This document shows, in pieces, positions 44,155 through 54,106 of a stretch of 58,220 nt of DNA. Position 1 is the stretch's first letter, and the number at the start of each line of letters is the position of its first letter. The translations under genes were made by a program, and so were the position numbers. The DNA comes from Clostridiales bacterium. GTDB lineage: Bacteria; Bacillota; Clostridia; Lachnospirales; Lachnospiraceae. The stretch lies in NCBI GenBank assembly GCA_029100885.1, contig JAQXPY010000042.1, positions 1 through 58,220 of the forward strand, given 5' to 3'. Below the pieces are notes generated by a model. It searched no databases. It had not been told where the DNA came from and was given only the letters and a program-made list of their open reading frames with translations.

Positions 44155-47100
44155 GAGTATAGAGATCCAGGGTTTTAAGTCCTTTGCACATAAGACCCTG
44201 CTTACATTTAATAACGGAGTAACAGGCATCGTCGGTCCCAACGGCTCGGGCAAATCCAATATTTCCGATGCTGTAAGATGGGTGCTCGGAGAGCAGAAGG
44301 TCAGACAGCTTAGAGGATCTGCGATGCAGGATGTTATTTTTGCAGGAACTGAGTTGAGAAAGGCTCAGGGCTTTGCTGCGGTCTCGATTACTCTTGATAA
44401 TTCCGACCGTTCTCTTCCGGTGGATTATTCTGAGGTCACAGTTACAAGAAAGCTCTTCAGATCCGGCGAATCGGATTATCTGCTCAACGGACAGAGCGTC
44501 AGACTCAAGAGCATTCAGGAGCTTTTTTATGATACGGGAATAGGCCGGGAGGGTTATTCGATCATAGGTCAGGGTCAGATAGATGCCATTATAAACGGAA
44601 AGCCACAGGACAGAAGGGGCCTTTTTGATGAGGCGGCAGGCATCGTAAAGTTTAAAAAAAGAAAGCTTTCCGCCCTGAAACGGCTTGAAAGCGAGAGGGA
44701 AAGCCTCGTCAGAGTAGCTGATATTCTTGGTGAGCTGGAGAAAAGGCTCAAGCCTCTTTTACAGCAGTCTGAAGCTGCCAGAAGCTATCTGAAGCTCAGG
44801 GACGAGCAGAAGGCATTGGATATCAATCTGTTTGTCAGACAGACAGACGTCATTCTTTCCGAACTGGAAAAGACCGCGAAGGATACAGAGATAATCAGGG
44901 CTTCATTATCCGAAGCCGAAGAGGAAAACATCAGGCTGAGACAGAGCGGAACAGAATGCTATGAAAAGATAGTGTCCATTGAAAGGGAGATCGAACAGAA
45001 ACGTACGGAGCTTTCCAGGGCTGCCCTGCTTAAGGAGAATCTGTCCGGTCAGATAAATGTGAGCGAGGCTCAGATCCGGTCGGATGAAGCAAATATGACA
45101 AGGGCAGAGCTGTCCCTTAATACCGTATCCGAAAGACTTGCCTCAGGTCTTCAGACCCTGCTGAAGTATTCGGATGCACTGAATGAATATGAGTCCTCCC
45201 TCGATGCGCTGGATCTCAGGGGCGAGGATGAATTTGATAGCTCCGAGGCAGCGGGGCTTCGTTCAAGGATAGCCTCTCTGAGAGCAGTCATCTCTGCGGT
45301 GGATCCGGTAAGCCTTCTCGCAACTCTTAATATCGTTTCAGAAGAAAACATTACAGTTTCCGACGGAGACAGCGCTGCGGATGAGCAGGAGGATGAGGAT
45401 CTGTTTGTGCTTCCGGAATGGATGCAGTCCATCGGTATGAGGAGAGACGAGCTTTCGGAGGTAAAGCAAAGGGAGTCAGACAATCTGAAGTGGCTCAATA
45501 AAGCAACCGATGAGTACAATTCTCTTTCCGAATCCATCAGAAGAACCGAGGATGAATTAAGAGGCATTCAGGACAGGATCACCTCCGTGAGCGCCAGACT
45601 CGAGACGATCAGGAATTTAGCGGAACGCTATGAGGGATACGGGGAAAGCGTACGGTCGGTAATGCGGGAGAAGCACAGGCTCAAGGGAATCCGGGGAGTA
45701 GTTGCGGATATTATTTCCACTGACCGGGATTATGAAACGGCCATAGAGACAGCTCTTGGGGGACGTCTTCAGAATATAGTAACTGAGTCGGAACCGGATG
45801 CAAAACGCTGCATCGAGTATCTGAAAAGCTCCAGACAGGGAAGAGCTACCTTCCTTCCGCTGGATTCTTTGAAATACAGGATACAGAATGAAATAGATAA
45901 GGCAGTCAGAGAACCCGGAATACTCGGCACGGCGGCAGAGCTGGCACATGCGGGTGAAGAGTATACAGAGCTGAAGAACTATCTCCTTGGTTCCGTGCTT
46001 GTTGCCGATAAAATAGATAATGCTCTTGCAGCAGCAAGAAAATTCGGTCATTCACTGCGAATCGTAACGCTTGAAGGAGAATTGCTTTCTCCTGGCGGAG
46101 CCATTTCCGGAGGAGCCTACAGAAATAATTCCAGGCTGATGGGAAGGGGCAGAGAAATTTCCGAGATGGAGGCAGGCATCGTTTCTCTGAGACGGCGGGC
46201 TGCCGAAGTCAGGGAAAGGATCAATCTGCAGGAAAAGGAGCTGCTTGACAAGAACTCAGAAATAGACAGACTGAATGAAGCTCTGAGGGAGGTTTCTGAG
46301 GAAAAAAACAGGCTCAGCTTCAGCATCAGTGCGGATATGCGTCTGAAGTTTTCCGAATTGAGCCAGAAGATTGTATTTACAGGGGAAAATATCAGTACTG
46401 CTGCCGCTTCGGTACAGGCTGACATGGAAAGCCTTAAAAATACTGAAAATGAGATCAAGGACTGCAGTAAGAGGATAGACGACAATAAACAAAATATTTC
46501 CGACCGCAAGGCTGACATTTCCCACATCGAAGCAGAGATAAAAGCCTCAGAGCGGGTCATCGGTGAAAGGCTTAATGAAAAGGAAGAGCTGAACCAGCAG
46601 CAGTCAGGCTTTGCCGACAGAAAAGAGGAGCTGTCTTCGGAGATACTTGAACTTCAGAAGGAGCTTGTGAGGCTTGAGGCTCAGTCGGAGAGGGAACAGC
46701 AGAAGCTGGACTCTGCCACTGAATATATTTGGAATGAATATGAGCTTGGTCTGAGCCGGGCAAAGGAGTTGTTTGACGATAATCTAGGTACTCTGCCTGA
46801 GGTCAGATCAAGACTCAACACAGTAAAGAATGATATCCGGAGGCTTGGACCGGTCAATGTTTCGGCTATCGAGGAATACAGGGAGGTATCTGAGAGATAC
46901 GGCTTTATGAAGAGTCAGTATGATGATCTGTCAGCCTCGGAAAAATCTATCCTTGGTATTATCGAGGAGCTGGATACCGGAATGAAGGAGCAGTTTGACA
47001 GGAGCTTTGCCGCAATAAAGGTTCAGTTCAGGGATACCTTCAGGGAGCTGTTCGGAGGCGGCGAGGCTGACCTCGGACTGGTATATGACAATGATGAAGT

Positions 47101-47476
47101 TTCCGGAGACACAGGAGAGGAGCTGGATGCGGGTATTTCTATTTATGTCCAGCCGCCGGGAAAGAAGCTCCAGAGCATCATGCAGCTTTCCGGAGGCGAG
47201 AAGGCTCTCACCGCCATTGCGCTGCTGTTTGCTATTCAGAACCTTAAGCCGTCTCCGTTCTGTCTTCTGGACGAGATAGAAGCGGCTCTGGATGACTCCA
47301 ATGTATCAAGATTCGCGGATTATCTGCACAAGCTGACAGATCATACACAGTTTATAGTCATAACCCACAGAAGAGGAACAATGGAGGCTGCAGACAGGCT
47401 TTACGGTGTCACCATGCAGGAAAAGGGAATCTCCAAGCTTATATCGGTGGATCTTATCAGAGATCAGCTGAGCTGA
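44144..47476 (+). CDS. smc: Chromosome partition protein Smc (1110 aa)
   Basis: N-terminal Walker A GPNGSGKSN, long coiled coils, a hinge (GIRGVVADII...ETALGG), and the C-terminal LSGGEKALTAIALLFA signature with Walker B LLDEIEAALD. Confidence 0.93.
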   Translation: MYLKSIEIQGFKSFAHKTLLTFNNGVTGIVGPNGSGKSNISDAVRWVLGEQKVRQLRGSAMQDVIFAGTELRKAQGFAAVSITLDNSDRSLPVDYSEVTVTRKLFRSGESDYLLNGQSVRLKSIQELFYDTGIGREGYSIIGQGQIDAIINGKPQDRRGLFDEAAGIVKFKKRKLSALKRLESERESLVRVADILGELEKRLKPLLQQSEAARSYLKLRDEQKALDINLFVRQTDVILSELEKTAKDTEIIRASLSEAEEENIRLRQSGTECYEKIVSIEREIEQKRTELSRAALLKENLSGQINVSEAQIRSDEANMTRAELSLNTVSERLASGLQTLLKYSDALNEYESSLDALDLRGEDEFDSSEAAGLRSRIASLRAVISAVDPVSLLATLNIVSEENITVSDGDSAADEQEDEDLFVLPEWMQSIGMRRDELSEVKQRESDNLKWLNKATDEYNSLSESIRRTEDELRGIQDRITSVSARLETIRNLAERYEGYGESVRSVMREKHRLKGIRGVVADIISTDRDYETAIETALGGRLQNIVTESEPDAKRCIEYLKSSRQGRATFLPLDSLKYRIQNEIDKAVREPGILGTAAELAHAGEEYTELKNYLLGSVLVADKIDNALAAARKFGHSLRIVTLEGELLSPGGAISGGAYRNNSRLMGRGREISEMEAGIVSLRRRAAEVRERINLQEKELLDKNSEIDRLNEALREVSEEKNRLSFSISADMRLKFSELSQKIVFTGENISTAAASVQADMESLKNTENEIKDCSKRIDDNKQNISDRKADISHIEAEIKASERVIGERLNEKEELNQQQSGFADRKEELSSEILELQKELVRLEAQSEREQQKLDSATEYIWNEYELGLSRAKELFDDNLGTLPEVRSRLNTVKNDIRRLGPVNVSAIEEYREVSERYGFMKSQYDDLSASEKSILGIIEELDTGMKEQFDRSFAAIKVQFRDTFRELFGGGEADLGLVYDNDEVSGDTGEELDAGISIYVQPPGKKLQSIMQLSGGEKALTAIALLFAIQNLKPSPFCLLDEIEAALDDSNVSRFADYLHKLTDHTQFIVITHRRGTMEAADRLYGVTMQEKGISKLISVDLIRDQLS

Positions 47477-47504
47477 CAAACATGATAAAGGACAGGGGAT
47501 AGTT

Positions 47505-48410
47505 ATGGGATTTTTTGACAGATTAAAAGAGGGTCTTAAGAAGACCAGAACAAACATAGCAAACGGACTGGATTCTGTGTTTGGCGATTATTCTCAGGTA
47601 GACGATGATTTTTTTGAGGAGCTGGAAGAGGTGCTTATCATGGCAGATGTGGGCGTCACCGCTGCCGACAGGATCATCTCACGAATGAAGGAACGCATAA
47701 GGGAGGAGCACATCAAGGATCCTTCCGAGGCTCGAAATGCTCTTATTGCTACATTGTCCGAATCTATGGGTAAGCAGACCGGTTTTTCCGCCTCTGACGA
47801 AAGGACTGTCATTCTTGTTATAGGCGTAAACGGAGTAGGAAAGACGACCTCCATCGGCAAGCTTGCCATGAACTTTAAAAAACAGGGCAGGAGCGTTATC
47901 CTTGCGGCAGCTGATACTTTCCGTGCAGGAGCCAGAGAGCAGCTGGAGGTCTGGGGCGACAGATGCGGCTGTCCTGTGATCGGACATGAGGACGGAGCCG
48001 ATCCGGCGGCCGTTGTATATGATGCCGTTGACGCCTTTGAAAGCAGACAGGCAGATATTCTTATCTGCGATACTGCAGGCCGGCTCCATAACAAAAAGAA
48101 TCTTATGGATGAGCTCGGAAAGATAAACCGGATATTTGACAAAAAGCTGCCGGATGTAAGGAAAGAGGTACTGCTGGTTCTGGATGCCACAACAGGACAG
48201 AATGCACTTTCCCAGGCCAGAGAGTTTAAGTCGGTCTGTGCTCCTACAGGTATCATACTCACAAAAATGGACGGCTCTGCCAAGGGAGGAATCGTTATCG
48301 CTATTGCCAATGAATTTGATATCCCTGTCAGATTTATCGGTGTGGGAGAACAGGCGGAGGATCTCCAGACATTTGATCCCGAGGAATTTATCAGGGCTAT
48401 CTTCTGCTGA
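47505..48410 (+). CDS. ftsY: Signal recognition particle receptor FtsY (short form, NG domain only)
   Basis: GVNGVGKTTSIGKLA, DTAGRL and TKMDGSAKGG motifs. Confidence 0.93.
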   Translation: MGFFDRLKEGLKKTRTNIANGLDSVFGDYSQVDDDFFEELEEVLIMADVGVTAADRIISRMKERIREEHIKDPSEARNALIATLSESMGKQTGFSASDERTVILVIGVNGVGKTTSIGKLAMNFKKQGRSVILAAADTFRAGAREQLEVWGDRCGCPVIGHEDGADPAAVVYDAVDAFESRQADILICDTAGRLHNKKNLMDELGKINRIFDKKLPDVRKEVLLVLDATTGQNALSQAREFKSVCAPTGIILTKMDGSAKGGIVIAIANEFDIPVRFIGVGEQAEDLQTFDPEEFIRAIFC

Positions 48411-48540
48411 CAGGCTGAATTGTCTGAGCCTGGCTGCGGAAGTCCTTATATAAAGTGCCCGGCATATAGGGACCTGATATACAAGATGTACAAGAACATT
48501 ACATACGAGAGTCTAATCTGATGATAGAGGTAAGCGGCTT

Positions 48541-49428
48541 ATGAAATACGACTATAAAATACTTATAGATGCATCAGCTGATATTCTTCCGGATTTTGCT
48601 GTTCATTATGATATAGGCATCATTCCGATGGTCTATACCATAGATGAGGAGGAGCATTTATGCGACCATGTGGAAACACAGGAGGAGAGAAAGCGTTTTT
48701 ATCAGGCGCAAAGGGAAGGCAGACTTACTAAAACGTCCCAGACATCACCTCAGATGTGCATGGATGCCTTCAGGGAATTTGCATCACAGGGAATATCAGT
48801 GCTTTGCATTTCTCTTTCCAGCGGCCTTTCCGGGTCGTTTTCTTCTGCGGGGATGGCTGCGGAGGAACTTATGGAAGAATATCCGAATGTGAGCATAGTA
48901 TGTGTTGACAGCCTTGCGGCATCTGCCGGTATCGGGCTTTTAGCCGAGAGAGCGGCATTGAATCGTGAAAAGGGAATGTCACTGTCAGAAAACGCGGCGG
49001 ATCTCAATGAAATGAGAATGAGGCTGCAGCACTGGTTTATGGTGGATGATCTGATGTATCTGAGAAGGGGCGGACGTCTTTCCGCTGCGTCGGCTGTTAT
49101 AGGTACTGCTCTCAGCATCAAGCCTATCCTGAAAATTGAAAGCGACGGAAAGCTCGTTAATTTTGCAAAGAAAAGAACGGCAAAAATGGCAATGTCTGCG
49201 CTTGTTTCCTTTTATAATGAGAGCGCCGACAGATCCGGTGACGAGCATGTATTCATCGTTCATTCGGATAATCCGGAGGGGGCTGAGTTTCTGAAGTCAG
49301 AGGTTGCTTCGGTAAGTCCGGACAGCAGGATAGATATCGTTCAGCTTTCTCCGATCATCGCGGCTCATACAGGCCCCGGACTTTGTGCTGTCATACATTT
49401 TTCAAGAGAAGAGGCAAAGCGCGGCTGA
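48541..49428 (+). CDS. DegV-family fatty-acid-binding protein
   Basis: TSQTSP...LSSGLSGSF...MYLRRGGRLS... is the typical DegV pattern. Confidence 0.88.
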   Translation: MKYDYKILIDASADILPDFAVHYDIGIIPMVYTIDEEEHLCDHVETQEERKRFYQAQREGRLTKTSQTSPQMCMDAFREFASQGISVLCISLSSGLSGSFSSAGMAAEELMEEYPNVSIVCVDSLAASAGIGLLAERAALNREKGMSLSENAADLNEMRMRLQHWFMVDDLMYLRRGGRLSAASAVIGTALSIKPILKIESDGKLVNFAKKRTAKMAMSALVSFYNESADRSGDEHVFIVHSDNPEGAEFLKSEVASVSPDSRIDIVQLSPIIAAHTGPGLCAVIHFSREEAKRG

Positions 49429-49451
49429 ATTATGGTGTAAAGAAAAACTAC

Positions 49452-49480
49452 TTGACACCCCGCAGGCGCTTGTATATAAT
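49452..49480 (+). promoter_or_regulatory. Consensus sigma-70 promoter (TTGACA-17 nt-TATAAT) for the ylxM-ffh-rpsP...rplS cluster
   Basis: TTGACA at 49452-49457 and TATAAT at 49475-49480, an exact consensus with a 17-nt spacer. Confidence 0.65.
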
Positions 49481-49561
49481 CTAACCGTTGTCGATACTGC
49501 GTTGTTTTTTTTGTGTTTTTATACGCAGAGAGCACTATTGCTGTATAAAAGGATCTGATTT

Positions 49562-49798
49562 ATGGAGAAACTCGTTAGACAGGGCATGCTATATGATCTG
49601 TACGGCGAACTGCTGACGGAGCACCAGAGAAGTATATACGGTGAGCTTGTCAATGACGATCTCTCTTTATCTGAAATTGCTGAGATTCACGGTATTACAC
49701 GGCAGGGAGTGCATGACCTGATAAAAAGATGTGACAGGATACTGGAAGGATATGAGGATAAGCTTCATCTCCTTGCAAAGAAGCTCGAGGAAGATTGA
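49562..49798 (+). CDS. ylxM: YlxM/p13-like putative DNA-binding protein (UPF0122)
   Basis: [47 protein letters not shown] is a sigma-70 region-4-like HTH. The position directly upstream of ffh is conserved. Confidence 0.85.
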   Translation: MEKLVRQGMLYDLYGELLTEHQRSIYGELVNDDLSLSEIAEIHGITRQGVHDLIKRCDRILEGYEDKLHLLAKKLEED

Positions 49799-49804
49799 CA
49801 TTCT

Positions 49805-51160
49805 ATGGCCTTTGAAAGTTTATCGGACAAATTACAGAATATTTTCAAAAACCTTCGGGGCAAGGGTAAGCTGAATGCCGATGATGTCCATCAGGCTATG
49901 AAGGAAGTGAAGTTTGCTCTTCTTGAAGCGGATGTCAATTTCAAGGTAGTCAAGCGCTTCATAAAGGACACCGAGGAAAAGGCTGTAGGCGCTGAAATCC
50001 TCAACAGTCTGTCTCCGGCACAGATGGTCATCAAGATAGTGAGAGAGCAGTTGGTGGAGCTAATGGGCGGAGAACCGGCTGAGCTCAGTCTGAAGCCTGC
50101 AAACCAGATCACTGTCATCATGATGGCCGGTCTCCAGGGCGCCGGTAAGACCACAACGGCAGCAAAGCTGGGAGGAAAGCTCAAATCCGCCGGAAGAAGG
50201 GTTCTGCTTGCGGCGGGAGACGTTTACAGACCGGCAGCCATCAGACAGCTTGAGGTCAATGCCGGACAGCTGGGACTTGAGGTCTTTTCCATGGAGCAGG
50301 GACATTCCCCTGTGGAGATTGCGTCAGCTGCCTACAGACTTGCGCAGGAAAAGTCCTACAGTGTTCTTATTATAGATACTGCCGGAAGACTGCATATAGA
50401 CGAGGATATGATGAAGGAGCTCGCGGATATCAAGACTGCGGTTCCTGTAGATTATACCCTTCTCACCGTAGATGCCATGACAGGACAGGATGCGGTGGCT
50501 GTGGCAGAGGATTTCTCGGAAAAGGTAGGCGTTGACGGGCTTATCGTTACCAAACTTGACGGTGATACCAGAGGCGGAGCTGTCCTTTCCATCAGATCTG
50601 TCACAGGCAAGCCCGTGTATTATGCCGGAATGGGTGAAAAGCTTTCGGAGCTGCAGGAGTTTTATCCTGACAGAATGGCATCCAGGATCATCGGCATGGG
50701 CGATGTGCTTTCCCTGATTGAGAAGGCAGAGCAGACCGCTGATATCGAGGAGCAGAAAAAGGTCAGCCGGAACCTGCGTAAGGGTCAGTTCACCTATGAT
50801 GACTTCCTTACCCAGCTTAATCAGATGAAGCGAATGGGAGGTCTGTCAGGCATCATGTCCATGCTGCCCGGTATGAAGGGCATTGATCCGGATCAACTGG
50901 ATGAAAAGCAGTTTGACCGGGTGGAGGCGATCATTCTCAGCATGACAAAGGCTGAGCGCTCCAATCCGAAGCTCATGAATCCTTCCAGAAAACGCAGGAT
51001 CGCCCGGGGAGCGGGAGTGGATATTGCGGAGGTCAACAGACTGGTAAAGCAGTTTGAACAGATGCAGAAGCTTATGAAGCAGATGAACGGCATGCGTAAG
51101 CACGGCGGACTCGGCAATATTTTCGGGAACAATCTGTTCAGAGGAAAAGGAATGTTCTGA
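49805..51160 (+). CDS. ffh: Signal recognition particle protein Ffh
   Basis: GLQGAGKTTTAAKL, DTAGRL, TKLDGDTRGG and the Met-rich M domain. Confidence 0.95.
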   Translation: MAFESLSDKLQNIFKNLRGKGKLNADDVHQAMKEVKFALLEADVNFKVVKRFIKDTEEKAVGAEILNSLSPAQMVIKIVREQLVELMGGEPAELSLKPANQITVIMMAGLQGAGKTTTAAKLGGKLKSAGRRVLLAAGDVYRPAAIRQLEVNAGQLGLEVFSMEQGHSPVEIASAAYRLAQEKSYSVLIIDTAGRLHIDEDMMKELADIKTAVPVDYTLLTVDAMTGQDAVAVAEDFSEKVGVDGLIVTKLDGDTRGGAVLSIRSVTGKPVYYAGMGEKLSELQEFYPDRMASRIIGMGDVLSLIEKAEQTADIEEQKKVSRNLRKGQFTYDDFLTQLNQMKRMGGLSGIMSMLPGMKGIDPDQLDEKQFDRVEAIILSMTKAERSNPKLMNPSRKRRIARGAGVDIAEVNRLVKQFEQMQKLMKQMNGMRKHGGLGNIFGNNLFRGKGMF

Positions 51161-51230
51161 TAATGCCAGAAACATGGCTTATCGTTACATAATACAGCAA
51201 ACATATTTTTATTTATAAGGAGTTAGAAAA

Positions 51231-51476
51231 ATGTCAGTTAAGATCAGATTAAGAAGACTCGGAGCTAAAAAGAAGCCTTTCTACAGAGTTATCGTTGCAG
51301 ATTCAAGAGCGCCTCGCAACGGCAGATTTATCGAGGAGATCGGTTATTACGATCCTAATGAGGAGCCGAGCGTTGTCAAGATCGATGCAGAGGCTGCAAA
51401 GAAATGGCTTGGCAACGGTGCTATCCCTACAGCTACATGCGAGAAGCTTCTTAAGAGTGCGGGAATTACAAAATAA
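51231..51476 (+). CDS. rpsP: 30S ribosomal protein S16
   Basis: [42 protein letters not shown]. Confidence 0.95.
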   Translation: MSVKIRLRRLGAKKKPFYRVIVADSRAPRNGRFIEEIGYYDPNEEPSVVKIDAEAAKKWLGNGAIPTATCEKLLKSAGITK

Positions 51477-51507
51477 TCTTGTTTGGCATTATATTAAGGA
51501 GTGACTG

Positions 51508-51735
51508 ATGAAGGAAGTTTTAGAAGCTATCGCCAAGTCACTTGTTGATAATAAGGATGAAGTTGTAGTCACTGAAGAGATCAATAATGACGTGATCGTG
51601 CTTAATCTTAAGGTTGCCCAGTCTGATATGGGCAAGGTAATAGGCAAGTCCGGCAGAGTTGCAAAGGCTATAAGACAGGTCCTGAACGCTGCGGCTTCCC
51701 GCGATAAGCTTAAAGTAATAGTCGATATCGGCTGA
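51508..51735 (+). CDS. KH-domain RNA-binding protein (YlqC family)
   Basis: VIGKSGRVAKAIR (a GxxG KH motif), about 75 aa, located between rpsP and rimM. Confidence 0.88.
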   Translation: MKEVLEAIAKSLVDNKDEVVVTEEINNDVIVLNLKVAQSDMGKVIGKSGRVAKAIRQVLNAAASRDKLKVIVDIG

Positions 51736-51754
51736 TACCGGATAACTGATAATT

Positions 51755-52270
51755 ATGACGACAGATCTCAGAGTCGGAGTTATCACTAAATCACATGGAA
51801 TCAAAGGAGAGGTCAAGGTCTATCCGACCACTGACTCTCCTTTGCGTTTTGATGAGATAACCCGCGTAAAGGTTTATATACAAAACAAATATGTCACCGA
51901 TCTTAAGATCGCTTCCGTAAAGCACTTTAAGGATATAGTGATACTTAAGTTCAAAGGCATCAATGACATTAACGAGGCGGAGAAATACCGCGGTGCAGAG
52001 CTTTATATCCCACGCGAGGAGGGTGCTGCGCTGGAGGAAGGCGAGTACTATATTGCCGATATTATCGGTATCAGAGTCGTCTCCGATGAGGGAACAGAGC
52101 TTGGTACGGTCAGGGATGTTATGGAGACCGGAGCCAATGATGTATATGTCATTTCCATGCCGGACGGCAGGGAGCTGCTTCTGCCTGCAATAAAGCAGTG
52201 TATTCTGGATACCGATATCGAAAACGATATTATGACCGTTCATGTTCTTGACGGTCTGATGGAGCTTTGA
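51755..52270 (+). CDS. rimM: 16S rRNA processing protein RimM
   Basis: VGVITKSHGIKGEVKV..., a PRC barrel C-terminus, and conserved position. Confidence 0.9.
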   Translation: MTTDLRVGVITKSHGIKGEVKVYPTTDSPLRFDEITRVKVYIQNKYVTDLKIASVKHFKDIVILKFKGINDINEAEKYRGAELYIPREEGAALEEGEYYIADIIGIRVVSDEGTELGTVRDVMETGANDVYVISMPDGRELLLPAIKQCILDTDIENDIMTVHVLDGLMEL

Positions 52271-52279
52271 TCTTTAGAT

Positions 52280-53056
52280 ATGGATTTTTATGTGATGACA
52301 TTGTTTCCGCAGATGATAAATGATGCTCTGGGGCAGAGCGTGATCGGCAGAGCCGTGTCCAGGGGCATAATAACTATCGATGCGGTAGATATCAGGGAAT
52401 ATACTAATGAGAAGCACGGAAAGACCGATGATTATCCCTACGGCGGCGGCGCCGGAATGGTCATGCAGGTGCAGCCTGTTTATGATTGCTGGAAGGCTGT
52501 CTCGGAAAAGATATCCGCAAAGCATTCCGCAATAGACAATGCGGAGTCTTGTGCTAAGCCGAGAGTTCTGTATATGTCTCCCCAGGGCAGAGTATTTGAT
52601 CAGAGCTTTGCCGAAGAACTGTCAAAGGAACGGGAGCTTGTTTTTCTCTGCGGGCATTATGAAGGGATAGACGAGAGAGCGCTGGAGCTTGTCGGTGCCG
52701 AGGAGGTCTCGCTGGGTGACTTTGTCCTTACGGGAGGGGAACTTCCGGCTATTACAATGATAGACTGTATTTCGAGACTGATACCGGGAGTTCTCGGCAG
52801 CACCAGCTCGGCACAGATAGAGTCCTTCCATGACAACCTGCTGGAATACCCCCAGTATTCCAGACCGGAGGAGTTTATGGGGCTTAAGGTCCCGGATATT
52901 CTGTTATCAGGACATCATGCAAATGTTGAAAAATGGAGAAGAGAACAGTCTATAATCAGAACTCTCGAGAAACGTCCGGATCTGATAGCGAAGGCGGCTC
53001 TGAGCAAAAAAGAGCAAAAGTTTCTTGAGCAATTGCTTGACGAAAGAAACAAATAA
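52280..53056 (+). CDS. trmD: tRNA (guanine37-N1)-methyltransferase TrmD
   Basis: LFPQM...DYPYGGGAGMVM...CGHYEGIDER...SLGDFVLTGGELPA are TrmD trefoil-knot signatures. Confidence 0.95.
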   Translation: MDFYVMTLFPQMINDALGQSVIGRAVSRGIITIDAVDIREYTNEKHGKTDDYPYGGGAGMVMQVQPVYDCWKAVSEKISAKHSAIDNAESCAKPRVLYMSPQGRVFDQSFAEELSKERELVFLCGHYEGIDERALELVGAEEVSLGDFVLTGGELPAITMIDCISRLIPGVLGSTSSAQIESFHDNLLEYPQYSRPEEFMGLKVPDILLSGHHANVEKWRREQSIIRTLEKRPDLIAKAALSKKEQKFLEQLLDERNK

Positions 53057-53145
53057 TGGTAATATAAATCGGCTTAAAAATGATGGTCCGCTGACATTCC
53101 CGGAATGTGAATGAACATCAGATAATTTTAAAGGAGGATAATAAA

Positions 53146-53496
53146 ATGCAGGAGATCATCGAGAAGATCGAGCAGGCACAGCTTGAGGGCAAGGAAGCAG
53201 CAGACTTCAATGTCGGCGATACGATCAGAGTTCACAACCTTATCAAGGAGGGCAACAGAGAGCGTATCCAGATATACGAGGGTACGGTCATGCAGAAGCA
53301 GGGTCATGGCATCCGTGCTACCTTTACTGTAAGAAAGCTCTCCAACGGAGTTGGTGTTGAGAAGACATGGCCTGTCTACAGCCCGTTCGTAGCTAAGATC
53401 GAGGTTATAAGAAGAGGTAAGGTAAGACGTGCAAAGCTCAACTATCTCAGAGACAGAGTTGGTAAGGCAGCTAAGGTCAAGGAGCTCATGAGATAA
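53146..53496 (+). CDS. rplS: 50S ribosomal protein L19
   Basis: The ATG at 53146 follows [36 protein letters not shown]...RRAKLYYLR-like C-terminus. Confidence 0.93.
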   Translation: MQEIIEKIEQAQLEGKEAADFNVGDTIRVHNLIKEGNRERIQIYEGTVMQKQGHGIRATFTVRKLSNGVGVEKTWPVYSPFVAKIEVIRRGKVRRAKLNYLRDRVGKAAKVKELMR

Positions 53497-53514
53497 TCTT
53501 ATATCCGTTTTGAA

Positions 53515-53586
53515 ATCTGCGCAGCGGTTCTCCGCTGCGTTTTTTCAAAATCAGATCTGTGCAGCGGTTCTCCGCTGCGTTTTTTT
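53515..53586 (+). terminator. Tandem duplicated rho-independent terminator (two ~31-bp copies, 40-bp period, 1 mismatch)
   Basis: ATCTG[C/T]GCAGCGGTTCTCCGCTGCGTTTTTT occurs at 53515-53545 and 53555-53586. Each copy forms GCAGCGG-TTCT-CCGCTGC plus a T-run. Confidence 0.8.
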
Positions 53587-53588
53587 AA

Positions 53589-53618
53589 TTGACATCGGAA
53601 GTTCTTTTTCCGTATAAT
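53589..53618 (+). promoter_or_regulatory. rnpB promoter (TTGACA-18 nt-TATAAT)
   Basis: TTGACA at 53589-53594 and TATAAT at 53613-53618, just upstream of the P1 helix of RNase P RNA. Confidence 0.6.
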
Positions 53619-53623
53619 ATCCA

Positions 53624-53976
53624 AGAGCAGCATAAACGGTCGCTGCCGCAGCAAAGGCTGCGGGAGAGGAAAGTCCGGGCTTCACAGGGCAGGATGCCTG
53701 ATAGCGTCAGGTGGGAGCGATCCTAAGGAAAGTGCAACAGAAAGTATACCGCCTCAATGCCGCGTCATTGGGGTAAGGGTGAAATGGCAGTGTAAGAGAC
53801 TACCGGCTCTGCGGTAACGCGGCAGCGCATTGTAAACCCCATCCGAAGCAAGTCCATGAAGAAACGATATGGCGGCCCGTCATGTTTCGGGTAGGACGCT
53901 TGAGGTATACGGTGACGTATATCCTAGATAGATGACCGTTCACGACATAACCCGGCTTACAGTGCTGCTCATTTTT
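53624..53976 (+). ncRNA. rnpB: RNase P RNA (bacterial, apparently type A)
   Basis: Universal blocks GAGGAAAGTCCGGGC, ACAGAAAGTATACCGCC, GGTAAGGGTGAAA, GTAAACCCCA, AGATAGATGA and ACATAACCCGGCTTA are present. P1 pairs GAGCAGCA (5') with TGCTGCTC (3'). The ends are approximate (+/-5 nt). Confidence 0.9.
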
Positions 53977-54106
53977 GTACAAAAAAATACACCTTTTTGA
54001 TTGGATTTATGATATAATTTGTACAAATGTGGCGCTGTGTCATATGTTTAATTTTTTTGGAAGCAGGTCCGGCAGTCACTGAATCTTATACGAAGGGAGC
54101 TATATC

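Noticed and set aside
47594-48310. 238-aa antisense ORF opposite ftsY. The same reasoning covers 15958-16800 opposite the OFOR gamma subunit and panB, 55025-55615 opposite EF-G2, and 7247-7873 opposite DUF58
   Set aside because: These are shadow ORFs within well-supported genes on the other strand, with no independent signals.
53515-53586. CRISPR-like direct repeat
   Set aside because: There are only two copies. Each is a hairpin plus a T-run (a terminator) directly after rplS, with no spacers or cas genes anywhere in the window.
53800-53982. 60-aa minus-strand ORF
   Set aside because: It lies entirely inside the RNase P RNA gene.
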